DNA of 64,000 nucleotides from Candidatus Aminicenantales bacterium (lineage in GTDB: Bacteria; Acidobacteriota; Aminicenantia; Aminicenantales; UBA4085), in contig JBEKTZ010000001.1 of assembly GCA_049515535.1 (NCBI GenBank), positions 1 to 64,000 of the forward strand, in the 5' to 3' direction. This document shows, one piece after another, positions 29,488 through 38,300 of this stretch (its first letter is position 1; every line of letters begins with the position of its first letter). A program made the translations under genes and the position numbers. The notes beneath the pieces are model-generated. The model worked only from the letters and a program-made list of their open reading frames with translations. It was not told the DNA's origin and made no database searches.

Positions 29488-30327
29488 GTGAAAAAAATCC
29501 TTCTTTGGTTCTTATCGTTCGTCATCGCCGCGGGAACGATAGCTTATCAGCGCGTGACGGGACCGACGTATCCCAGCCGGGGGAAAATCGATATCGCCGG
29601 CGAGACGATCAAGTTCAGGCTTCCCCGGAGCGCCGAGAACATCGGGGATTGCGAAGTCTCGGTTGAGGTTCCCAACGCGGATTTTTCGGGCTATATGGAA
29701 TATCAAAGGCACGGCACAACCGAAGCCTGGACGAGAGTCTCGCTCGCGGGAAGAAAGGATATCAAGACCAAAAAAGACGTGCTAACCGGATTTCTGCCGG
29801 AACAGCCCGTTGCGGGCAAACTGGATTATCTGGTCTATCTCGCCTCCGGTGGAAAAAACGTCTCTCTTAGCGGTAAAGATGTCGTCGTTATCCGTTTCAG
29901 AGGCGTCGTGCCGTTCTATATTTTATATCCGCACATCGTCATCATGCTTCTAGCCTTGATGTTCTCGACGCGGGCAGGGCTGGCCGTTCTCGGCAAGAAA
30001 GACCATCCCGGCCCATACGCGAAATGGGCCGCCGCCCTGTTCTTCATCACCGGCTTCATCTTGGGGCCGCTAATGCAATATTTCGGTTTCGGTGTGTTCT
30101 GGTCGGGTTTTCCCATAGGCCGCGACCTGACGGACACAAAGTCGCTCGTGGCCATGATCGGCTGGATCATCGCCCTGTTCATGATGCGCAAGGGAAAGCC
30201 CGCCCGGGGATGGGTTTTAGCGGCCTCTCTCCTTCTTCTCGCCGCTTTCCTGATCCCCCACAGCCTGATGGGATCGGAGCTGGATTACTCGAAAATGAGT
30301 CCGCCCCCAAAAATCAACTGCCCATAA
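29488..30327 (+). CDS. Hypothetical membrane protein
   Basis: GTG start, N-terminal TM, soluble domain, then 4 TM segments; fits the operon. Confidence 0.7.
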   Translation: MKKILLWFLSFVIAAGTIAYQRVTGPTYPSRGKIDIAGETIKFRLPRSAENIGDCEVSVEVPNADFSGYMEYQRHGTTEAWTRVSLAGRKDIKTKKDVLTGFLPEQPVAGKLDYLVYLASGGKNVSLSGKDVVVIRFRGVVPFYILYPHIVIMLLALMFSTRAGLAVLGKKDHPGPYAKWAAALFFITGFILGPLMQYFGFGVFWSGFPIGRDLTDTKSLVAMIGWIIALFMMRKGKPARGWVLAASLLLLAAFLIPHSLMGSELDYSKMSPPPKINCP

Positions 30328-30414
30328 ATATCAAGGATGGCGCACGACGGATGCGGAGAGAACGTTTAGGCAAGAGCTAAAACTCGATTTTCCAAAAATT
30401 TTTTTTGGGTTTTT

Positions 30415-33078
30415 TTATGTTTTGAACTCGAAGGACTTGATCTGCTTGATCAGCTCTTCGGCCTTGGCCTTGAATTGAGGATGCGCGGCGGCGCGCCCGG
30501 CTAGGTCCATTGCTTTGGCCTTATCCCCGGCATTGAAAAAGCTGCCCGCGGCATCATAGAAAGCGGTCGCCTTGGTCAGCCGGGTGTTCTTCAGCTGCTG
30601 ATCCTTTTTGGCCAGCAGCTTCGCCTTCCGCTCCTCGGACAATCGGGAATTCCTGATCTCGGCGATTTTGGCGGCGATCCCGTCTTCGCTGCGTTCGACC
30701 ACGAAGGCGGCCCGCTCGTAATGAGCGGCCGAAGCGGGCCACTTCTTTTGCTGCCCGTAGAGCAGGCCGAGGCTGAGCAGGGCATCGGCGTTTTTGTCGT
30801 TGTGCTTCAAGGCCTCTAAAAATTCCATCTCCGCCCGGTCGAGCTCGCCTTTATCGAAGGCGATCGTGCCGGCCAAGCTGAAGACCTCGCTGTTGGTCGG
30901 CAGCCGCTTTTTGGATTCCTCGATGTTCTCTTGGGCTTTGTCGTCGTCTTTCAAGGCGTGTTCGTTCCAGGCCATCCAATAATAGCTTTCTCCGATCAGA
31001 TAAAAGCCGAGCTCGATATTTTTTTTCAAGATCTCGATGGCTTCTTTGTGCGCTCCGAGGGAGCTCAAAGAAATGCCTTTTCCGAGGAGGGCATCCCGGT
31101 ACTGAGGAGAAAGGGCGAGAGTGCGATCGTAATAGTCCAGGCTCTTTTCGAATTCTTCGGTGGCCGTATAAATGCTGGCGAGATAGATCGGGACCTGGGG
31201 CGATTCGGAAAGTCCGTCCAGGGCTTTCAGAAAATGCCCTTCGGCCTCGAGCAGGCTTCCCTCCGTGATCGCCAGCTCGCCCAGATGATAAACCGCCTCA
31301 TAAAATTCCGGATCTGCTTGAAGGAGCGCCAGGAGACGATCCCGGTCCGGCCGGGGATAAATCGCGTTCTTGTATTTCAAGAGGACGGAGTCCGGATAGC
31401 GGGCGAGGATCCCCTTGACGGATTCTTCGACCTTCTCCGCGTAATACCCGTACCCCGTGAAAAAAGCCGCGTAGAGATAGGCGTAATAATCCTCGGCGAG
31501 GGCCTTGTGGTAGAGGGCCTCCTTGGCTTGCGCCTGGTTGATCTGGTTGTCATAAACCCTTTTCGCGGCAACGGGATCGATATCCTGCATGATCCCCCGC
31601 GTCCTGGGCGAAAGCGAATCGGCGGCGACGAAAAAGGGCAGGAATTGCTGAAGGGCGGCATTGTCCTTGATGATCCCGACGCCTTTTTGATAGTTGGCAT
31701 GGCCGAGGATGCCGACCTCGCGCTCGCGAACGGCCTTAAGGAGGAGAGCCTTGAGATAGGGAATGGCGATCTTTTTTTTCATCGCGGGCTGGGCGTACAG
31801 GTCCTCGTAGATCCGGATGGCCCGCGAAAAACCGGCGTAACAGCCGCGCTGGACTTGGGCTTCCGCGTCGGCCGCTTTTTTTTCGAGCTCGGCCAGCGGC
31901 GGGCCGATCGCGACCTTCGGCGGAGCCGCGCAGGACAGGGAAACGATCAGACCGGCCACGACGAGAAGCGCCGGCGTCGACCCTCCACCGCCGAATCGGG
32001 CCGCCAACCGGTCCATGGCCGCCGCCGCGAGGGCGATGACCCCGATCATCGAAACATATTGATAATGATCCGCCACCAGGGAATACCGCATGAAATAGAC
32101 GTTGAAGAAGCCCAGGATCGGAAGCAGCATCACGAGGCAATAGCCCAGAGCGAAGAGGACCGGCTTGCCCCAGCTCGACCGAAAGCGCCAGCCCAAAGCC
32201 GCCAGCGCCACCAGGGCGAGATCGGGGATCCAGACAAACCACTTCGCCGGATCGATCTGCCAGCGCGGATAAACGAAGATCAGCCGGGCGGGCCACAGCG
32301 TTTTAAGAATGTAGAACCATACCGCCGTCCCGGCGCCAGCCGCGCGGGCGAGAAGACCATCGCCGCGAACGACATCCGCGCCGATGGATTGATGGACCTG
32401 GAACCAGATCTCGACGGCGCTCATGACGGCTGAGGCGGCAAAAAAAGGCAGGCTCCGGACGATGTCGCGGCGCTGGATCCTTCCCCGCCGCCACCACGCG
32501 CACAACAAGAGGACCACCGGCAAACCGACCACCGACCCCTTGCTCAGCAAGGCCAGGACGAATGACGCCAGCGCGCATCCATAGAGCGGCCGACTTCGGC
32601 TTTCCTCGAACTTCAGATACGTCAGCAGGGAGATCAGGAAAAAGAGCATGGCCAGGATCGTCTTCCGTTGGGAAATCCAGGCGACCGATTCGACGGCGAC
32701 GGGATGGACGGCGAAGACGAGCGCGATCGGCAAGGGCCAGGGGATCTTCAACCGCCTCAGGATGCGCCAGATCAAGATCGCGCAGAGGGCGTGGATCAGG
32801 ATATTGGTCAGATGATAGCCGGTCGGGTTCAGACCCCAGAGCTTGTTTTCGATCCAGTAGCTTGTCCAAGTGATCGGCCAATAGTTCGGCTGCTCCGTCG
32901 TGAACCACGATCTATGGAGGCCGTTCGGCTTGAGGACGATGTTCTGGGTGAGCATCGAATCATCGTCCCAGACGAATCCGGCCTTCATCGCCGGAATGTA
33001 CACGGCCGCGACCATCCCGAGAATGAGCACGGCTCCCAGCGCCGGTTTGGAGAGCGGGGATTTCCTACGAACGACCAT
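30415..33078 (-). CDS. TMTC-like GT-C membrane domain fused to a lipoprotein-like TPR domain
   Basis: FVWDD, YWPIT, GYHLTNILIH, HP..VESVAWISQRK, ADHYQY; then LIVSLSC (Cys near aa 383) and many TPRs. Confidence 0.8.
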   Translation of the reverse strand: MVVRRKSPLSKPALGAVLILGMVAAVYIPAMKAGFVWDDDSMLTQNIVLKPNGLHRSWFTTEQPNYWPITWTSYWIENKLWGLNPTGYHLTNILIHALCAILIWRILRRLKIPWPLPIALVFAVHPVAVESVAWISQRKTILAMLFFLISLLTYLKFEESRSRPLYGCALASFVLALLSKGSVVGLPVVLLLCAWWRRGRIQRRDIVRSLPFFAASAVMSAVEIWFQVHQSIGADVVRGDGLLARAAGAGTAVWFYILKTLWPARLIFVYPRWQIDPAKWFVWIPDLALVALAALGWRFRSSWGKPVLFALGYCLVMLLPILGFFNVYFMRYSLVADHYQYVSMIGVIALAAAAMDRLAARFGGGGSTPALLVVAGLIVSLSCAAPPKVAIGPPLAELEKKAADAEAQVQRGCYAGFSRAIRIYEDLYAQPAMKKKIAIPYLKALLLKAVREREVGILGHANYQKGVGIIKDNAALQQFLPFFVAADSLSPRTRGIMQDIDPVAAKRVYDNQINQAQAKEALYHKALAEDYYAYLYAAFFTGYGYYAEKVEESVKGILARYPDSVLLKYKNAIYPRPDRDRLLALLQADPEFYEAVYHLGELAITEGSLLEAEGHFLKALDGLSESPQVPIYLASIYTATEEFEKSLDYYDRTLALSPQYRDALLGKGISLSSLGAHKEAIEILKKNIELGFYLIGESYYWMAWNEHALKDDDKAQENIEESKKRLPTNSEVFSLAGTIAFDKGELDRAEMEFLEALKHNDKNADALLSLGLLYGQQKKWPASAAHYERAAFVVERSEDGIAAKIAEIRNSRLSEERKAKLLAKKDQQLKNTRLTKATAFYDAAGSFFNAGDKAKAMDLAGRAAAHPQFKAKAEELIKQIKSFEFKT

Positions 33079-33092
33079 GTGCTTGATGTTTC

Positions 33093-33839
33093 TTACGGAG
33101 ACTCCCTGATCCTTTTCGTCATCTCCCGGATATATTCGGACGCCGTTCGATTATCGGGATCGAACCGCAGGGCTTTCCGATACTCGTTCAGGGCCTCTTC
33201 GATCGATCCCTTCTTGAGATAGAGGCCGGCCAGGCGGTTATAAGTCTCGGTATCTTCTTTTACGGCCAGGGCCGCTTTGAATTCCCTGATGGCCTCGTCA
33301 TCCGATCTCCGGTCCTGATAGATGATCCCCAGGTCGTGATGGACGTCGAAATCCGCGGGATTGATCTTTTCGGCAGCCTGAAAAGCGAGGATGGCGTCCT
33401 CGATTTTGTTCTGCTGAACATAGAGAACGCACAAATTGTAGTAGGGATCGAAATATGTCGGATCGAGCGCTATGGCCTTCCGATACTCCTGGACGGCCTC
33501 TTCGACATTTCCCTGCATTTTGTAGATATTCGCGATGTTGTTGATCGCTTTGACATGGTCCGGCTTGATCTCGACGCATTTCTTGAACCAGGCCAAGGCC
33601 TCATCAAACTTCCCTGCGTCCACGGAGATATTCCCGAGGCTGTTATAAGCGATCCATGCTTGCGGGTTCTTCGCGATCGTGTCCCGCCAGAGGACAGTTT
33701 CATTTTCATAGATGCGTTCCCGCCTCCAGGTCAGCCCTCCCAGGATGAGGATCATGACGCCGAAAACGATCACGGCGAGGGGGACCTGCGATTTCGTTGC
33801 GGCGGCGGCGATCGTCTTTTTCTTCTTGGCGGAAGGCAT
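33093..33839 (-). CDS. Single-TM TPR protein resembling the C-terminal module of TMTC-like proteins
   Basis: LGGLTWRRERIYENETVLWRDTIAKNPQAWIAYNSLG followed by TPRs. Confidence 0.8.
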   Translation of the reverse strand: MPSAKKKKTIAAAATKSQVPLAVIVFGVMILILGGLTWRRERIYENETVLWRDTIAKNPQAWIAYNSLGNISVDAGKFDEALAWFKKCVEIKPDHVKAINNIANIYKMQGNVEEAVQEYRKAIALDPTYFDPYYNLCVLYVQQNKIEDAILAFQAAEKINPADFDVHHDLGIIYQDRRSDDEAIREFKAALAVKEDTETYNRLAGLYLKKGSIEEALNEYRKALRFDPDNRTASEYIREMTKRIRESP

Positions 33840-33966
33840 CGGCCGGAATCCCGAGCCCAGGATATCACCTGGCCGGAATGGGTGTCAATTTTTTCGCGGC
33901 CCGAATCCTCTTGATAAAATCCGGGAAAGAGACAAAAATGGGGTTTTCTAATAACACGGAGGACCG

Positions 33967-36903
33967 ATGAAAAAAACAAATGCGTTTTTGATGACCGTTT
34001 TAGCCCTCGCCTTCCTGATCGCGCCGGCCGCAGCCCAAACGCAGCCGGCGGCCCCCGCCGCGCCGTCGGCGCCCCGGCCGATCGGGCTCCTCGACATCCT
34101 GAGCTGGAAATCGATCAGAGGCACCGTCCTCTCCCCCGACGGACAATGGTTCGCCTATCTCCTCTCTCCCCAGGAAGGCGACGGCGAGGTCATCGTCCGC
34201 CAAACCAAAGGGACCAAAGAATATAAGTTCCCGGTCGGCGAAGCCCGCTTCGGCAACATGGGATTTTCGGAAGATTCCAGGTTTTGCGCGTTCATGATCT
34301 TTCCCACGGCTAAAGAGGCCAAGGTCCTTCGGCGTGACAAGAAAACCCCCGAAGGCAACGCCAAGGCCGCCCTGCTCAATTTGGCCTCGGGCGATAAGGT
34401 CGAATTCGACAAGATCAAGAGCTTCGCTTTTTCCAGGGAGAACTCGGGCTGGCTGGCCCTTCTCAAAAACGCTCCCGAAGGACAAGCCCGCGAAAAGGAA
34501 AAATGGTCGGGTTCCGACCTCATCCTTCACGAACTCGCCACGGCCAAAGAATTGACCTTCGGCAACGTGGCGGAATTCGCCTTCGATAAAAAAGGCCAAT
34601 GGCTGGCGATGATCATCGACGCTTACGGCCAGGGAGGGAACGGAGTCGAGATCCGCAATATGGCCACGGGCGTCGTCTCGGCCCTTGACAACGACAAGGC
34701 CGTTTATAAAAGCCTGACCTGGACCGAGAAGGGCGAGGCGCTCGCCTGCCTCAAAGGCAAAGAGGAAAAGGGCTTCGAGGACAAATTCAACGGCATCGTG
34801 GGATTCACCGGCTTCGCTCCAGCCCCCGACCAAAAAGGCGCGCCGCAGACTCCCGGCGGAATCCAGAAATTCGCCTACGATCCCAAAAACGACAAATCGT
34901 TCCCGCAGGGCATGACCATCAGCCCCAACCGCGCCCCGCAGTGGACCGACGACCTGGACGCGATCCTCTTCGGGATCTATGAGCCGAAGAAGAAGGATGA
35001 AGGGGCCAAGGGTCCGGCCGAGGGCGCCGCCCCCGATCAAGCCGCCCCTGCTCCGGCCGAATCCGACGAGGACATCCCCGATCTCGTCCTCTGGCACTGG
35101 CAGGACAAGCGCCTCCAATCCCAGCAGCAGGTCGAAGCGAGCCGCGACCAGAGCTTCAGCTTCCTCGCCGAATACAGGGTCAAGGAAAACACATTCATCC
35201 GCCTGGCCGACGAGGACATCCGGCAGGTGAGCGCAGCGCCCAAACAGCGTTTCGCCGTCGGCCTCGACAACCGGGCCTATGAGCTTGACGCCAACCTCGA
35301 CGGCCGCCGGAAGCAGGATGTCTACGTCATCGATATGAAGACCGGCGCCCAGAAACTCGCGCTCAAGGAGTGCCGCAATTATTACATGCCTTCGCCGGAC
35401 GGCAGCCACTTTCTCTATTATGACGACGGCCATTTTTTCACGTATGACATGGCCACCGGAAAATCCACCAACATCACCAAGGATGTCCCTGCTTCGTTCG
35501 TGAACGAGGACGACGACCACAACGTCGTCAAGCCGCCGGATTCGCCGGTCGGCTGGGACAAGGACGGCCGGTTCATGGTGCTGTCGGACGGCTGGGACAT
35601 GTGGAGCGTGCCCGTCCACGGCGGGACCAAAGGCGTCAACCTGACCGTGAACGGGGCGAAAGACCAGATCCGCTATCAGCGCAGGATCCAGATCGATCCC
35701 GAGGAGAAAGGCATCGACCTGGCCAAGCCCATATATGTCATGACTTATGGGGAATGGACGAAAAAAGCCGGGATTTCGCTCATCGAAAAAGGGAAGCCCG
35801 CGCCGGCCGTCCTTCTCTGGGACGACGCCGGATTCGGCAGCGTGGCCAAGGCCAAGAAGGCCGACATCTATATTTACACGCGCGATACTTTCAAAGAATA
35901 CCCCAACGTCTACGTGGCCGACGCTCTGCTCAGAAACGGCCAGAAGATCACGGAAGCCAATCCTCAGCAGAAGGACTTCTTCTGGTCGAGCGGACAGATC
36001 CTCCTCGACTACAAGAGCGCCCAGGGCGACAAGTTGCAGGCGGCGCTGTTCCTGCCCGCCAACTGCGAAAAGGGCAAACGCTATCCGACGCTCGTTTACT
36101 ATTATGAAAAGATGTCGCAACAGTTCAACCGCTACGCCCAGCCGACGTCGAACGGATTCAACAAGTCCGTTTACACGAGCAACGGTTATGCCGTCCTGAT
36201 GCCCGATATTACTTACAAGATCAACGACCCGGGAATGTCGGCCGTCTGGTGCGTCCTTCCCGCCATTGACGCGGGCGTCGCGGCCGGCGTCATCGACCGG
36301 AGCAAGGTCGGGCTCCAAGGCCATTCCTGGGGCGGCTATCAAACCGCCTTCCTCGTGACCCAGGCCGATTTCGCGGCGGCCGTGGCCGGCGCCCCGCTGA
36401 CCAACATGATCAGCATGTACAGCTCGATCTATTTCAACACGGGCGGCGCCAACATGGCCATCTTCGAGAGCAGCCAGGGCCGTTTCAAAGGCGGGTACTG
36501 GGACAACCTGGAGGCCTATCAACGGAATTCGCCCGTGTATTACGCGGCGAAAGTGAACACGCCGCTCATCATCCTTCATAACGACAAGGACGGCGCGGTG
36601 GTCTGGAACCAGGGCATAGAATATTACAACACCCTGCGCCGCTTGAAAAAGCCCGTGATCATGTTCCAATACGTGGGAGAGAACCACGGCCTAGCCAAGG
36701 CCGCCAATCAGAAGGATTACACCGTGCGGATGAAGGAATTCTTCGACCATTACCTAATGGGAAAGCCCGCTCCGAAATGGATGACCGAGGGGATCCCTTA
36801 TCTCAAGATGAAGGACGACCTTAAGGTCCGGGCCAAAGACTTGAAACCGGCGGACAAGCCGGTTGAAAAGAAAGAAGAGAAGAAGGAACCGGACAAGAAA
36901 TAG
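33967..36903 (+). CDS. S9 prolyl oligopeptidase-family serine peptidase, secreted
   Basis: Signal peptide, beta-propeller region, GHSWGG, HNDKDGAV, GENHG. Confidence 0.92.
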   Translation: MKKTNAFLMTVLALAFLIAPAAAQTQPAAPAAPSAPRPIGLLDILSWKSIRGTVLSPDGQWFAYLLSPQEGDGEVIVRQTKGTKEYKFPVGEARFGNMGFSEDSRFCAFMIFPTAKEAKVLRRDKKTPEGNAKAALLNLASGDKVEFDKIKSFAFSRENSGWLALLKNAPEGQAREKEKWSGSDLILHELATAKELTFGNVAEFAFDKKGQWLAMIIDAYGQGGNGVEIRNMATGVVSALDNDKAVYKSLTWTEKGEALACLKGKEEKGFEDKFNGIVGFTGFAPAPDQKGAPQTPGGIQKFAYDPKNDKSFPQGMTISPNRAPQWTDDLDAILFGIYEPKKKDEGAKGPAEGAAPDQAAPAPAESDEDIPDLVLWHWQDKRLQSQQQVEASRDQSFSFLAEYRVKENTFIRLADEDIRQVSAAPKQRFAVGLDNRAYELDANLDGRRKQDVYVIDMKTGAQKLALKECRNYYMPSPDGSHFLYYDDGHFFTYDMATGKSTNITKDVPASFVNEDDDHNVVKPPDSPVGWDKDGRFMVLSDGWDMWSVPVHGGTKGVNLTVNGAKDQIRYQRRIQIDPEEKGIDLAKPIYVMTYGEWTKKAGISLIEKGKPAPAVLLWDDAGFGSVAKAKKADIYIYTRDTFKEYPNVYVADALLRNGQKITEANPQQKDFFWSSGQILLDYKSAQGDKLQAALFLPANCEKGKRYPTLVYYYEKMSQQFNRYAQPTSNGFNKSVYTSNGYAVLMPDITYKINDPGMSAVWCVLPAIDAGVAAGVIDRSKVGLQGHSWGGYQTAFLVTQADFAAAVAGAPLTNMISMYSSIYFNTGGANMAIFESSQGRFKGGYWDNLEAYQRNSPVYYAAKVNTPLIILHNDKDGAVVWNQGIEYYNTLRRLKKPVIMFQYVGENHGLAKAANQKDYTVRMKEFFDHYLMGKPAPKWMTEGIPYLKMKDDLKVRAKDLKPADKPVEKKEEKKEPDKK

Positions 36904-36933
36904 GCAAGGCTGCGGAATAAGCGAGTCAGCCCG

Positions 36934-36980
36934 TCCCCCTTTTTCCCCTTTTTAGAAGGCGGAAAAAGGGGGATTTTTTT
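36934..36980 (+). terminator. Intrinsic terminator
   Basis: TCCCCCTTTTTCC...GGAAAAAGGGGGA followed by T7, downstream of the S9 peptidase. Confidence 0.7.
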
Positions 36981-37019
36981 GGGGAGAAAACGAGAGGAGG
37001 GACGATGCCCCTGTGGGAT

Positions 37020-37105
37020 TAAGAAGAGCTGGCTGTCGAGGCGCCAAGGTTTGAAAAGGAAAAGGAAGCGGGGCTAAGGAGGATCCTCTCCAGCCAGCAT
37101 CATCA
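37020..37105 (-). ncRNA. Candidate CU-rich stem-loop sRNA, copy B
   Basis: GCUGGCUG/CAGCCAGC stem (37028-37098), GAGG/CCUC inner stem, CCUCCUU loop; behind a TTGACA promoter with no downstream minus-strand CDS. Confidence 0.55.
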
Positions 37106-37111
37106 CTTACA

Positions 37112-37140
37112 TATATAATTTAAAAAAAGCCAAATGTCAA
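37112..37140 (-). promoter_or_regulatory. sigma70-type promoter of the sRNA candidate
   Basis: TTGACA-N17-TATATA; AT-rich upstream region. Confidence 0.55.
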
Positions 37141-37357
37141 AGAAAAAATTGCGAGAAAAATTCGATTTTTTCATTATTTTTTGCCCTGGATTTCCTGGAT
37201 CAATTTCTTGACATTGGCAAGGGACGGCGATCTACAAAATATCGTCCCTCGCCCTATGGCGAAATGACGATCAGAGAAAAGAGCTTCTTCACTTACTTGT
37301 AAATTCCATTCGATCGGAATAAAATTATGAGGCGTAATTCTTTATAAGGAGAAACGC

Positions 37358-38203
37358 ATGAGATCCTATAAACTCCTCACTCTCCTGATCGCGATCGTGA
37401 CCGTAACCGTCCCGTTCTTTGCCAAGGACAAGATCATCGAGAGCAAGTGGACGGCGATGCCACCTCAAATCGACGGCCAGGCTATCGATTGGGCCCAGAA
37501 TGTCCTTGACTTGAGCAAAAGCGAAAATGTCAGTTACGCTTTTAAAAATGACGCCGACCATCTTTATCTCCTTTTTATTTTCAATGAATCGAAGACGTTG
37601 AGCTCGATTGCCGCCACGGGAATGACGTTCTGGATCAATACGGAAGGCAAAGAGAAGAAAACTCATGGCCTGCGGTTCTATCAGAAAATACTCAATGGAC
37701 AACAGCTCATCCAACAGATGGAAAAACAGGGTGAATTGATTCCCGAGGAAAAAAAGGCGGAACTCCTCAACTCCAAGACCCCCTTCAAGCTCTTTGGCTG
37801 TGACGGCGTCAATAAAAAAGGAGAAGTCGTCCCTCTGGCCACGAGGGGTGTCGCGACCTATCGGGCTGGGAAAGACGGGAAAAATACGGTCTATGAGTTC
37901 GTCATCCCCATGGCGTTCCTCAAGGATCCTGCTTCAGAGACGCCATTCGACACGACGAAGCCGTTCAAGTTCGGCTTCGAATGGGGCGGCGCGACCCCGG
38001 AAATACTGAAGTCTCTAGTGTCCGACCTTGGCGACCAGGGCGTTCGGGCCGGGGGCGAGCGCGGAGGGAATCTGGAAACTCAGGTCCGAGGCGAAGAGAG
38101 CGGGGAATACACCGCGGGCAGTCCGGATATGAGCAGCATGCGCCGCCGCCTCCCGAAAAAGTATGATTTCTGGATCGACCTAAAGGTCGCCCAGAACCAG
38201 TAA
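37358..38203 (+). CDS. Secreted hypothetical protein (possible CBM9/DOMON-like fold)
   Basis: AAGGAG RBS, signal peptide, PQIDG...DW, ND.D.LYL, YEFVIP. Confidence 0.7.
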   Translation: MRSYKLLTLLIAIVTVTVPFFAKDKIIESKWTAMPPQIDGQAIDWAQNVLDLSKSENVSYAFKNDADHLYLLFIFNESKTLSSIAATGMTFWINTEGKEKKTHGLRFYQKILNGQQLIQQMEKQGELIPEEKKAELLNSKTPFKLFGCDGVNKKGEVVPLATRGVATYRAGKDGKNTVYEFVIPMAFLKDPASETPFDTTKPFKFGFEWGGATPEILKSLVSDLGDQGVRAGGERGGNLETQVRGEESGEYTAGSPDMSSMRRRLPKKYDFWIDLKVAQNQ

Positions 38204-38300
38204 GCTTCTCCGGGAACGTATACCGAAGTCTCCCTTTTCCGAAGGACGCACAAGATAAAGTCAAAAATAAAGAGGGCCCGGCCTTTGGTCAAGTCCGATT

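Noticed and set aside
34000..36687. 895-aa minus-strand ORF and similar long antisense ORFs (e.g. 59141-60919, 24130-25758, 30931-32433)
   Set aside because: Shadow frames caused by high GC3 codon bias opposite well-supported genes; no recognisable motifs.
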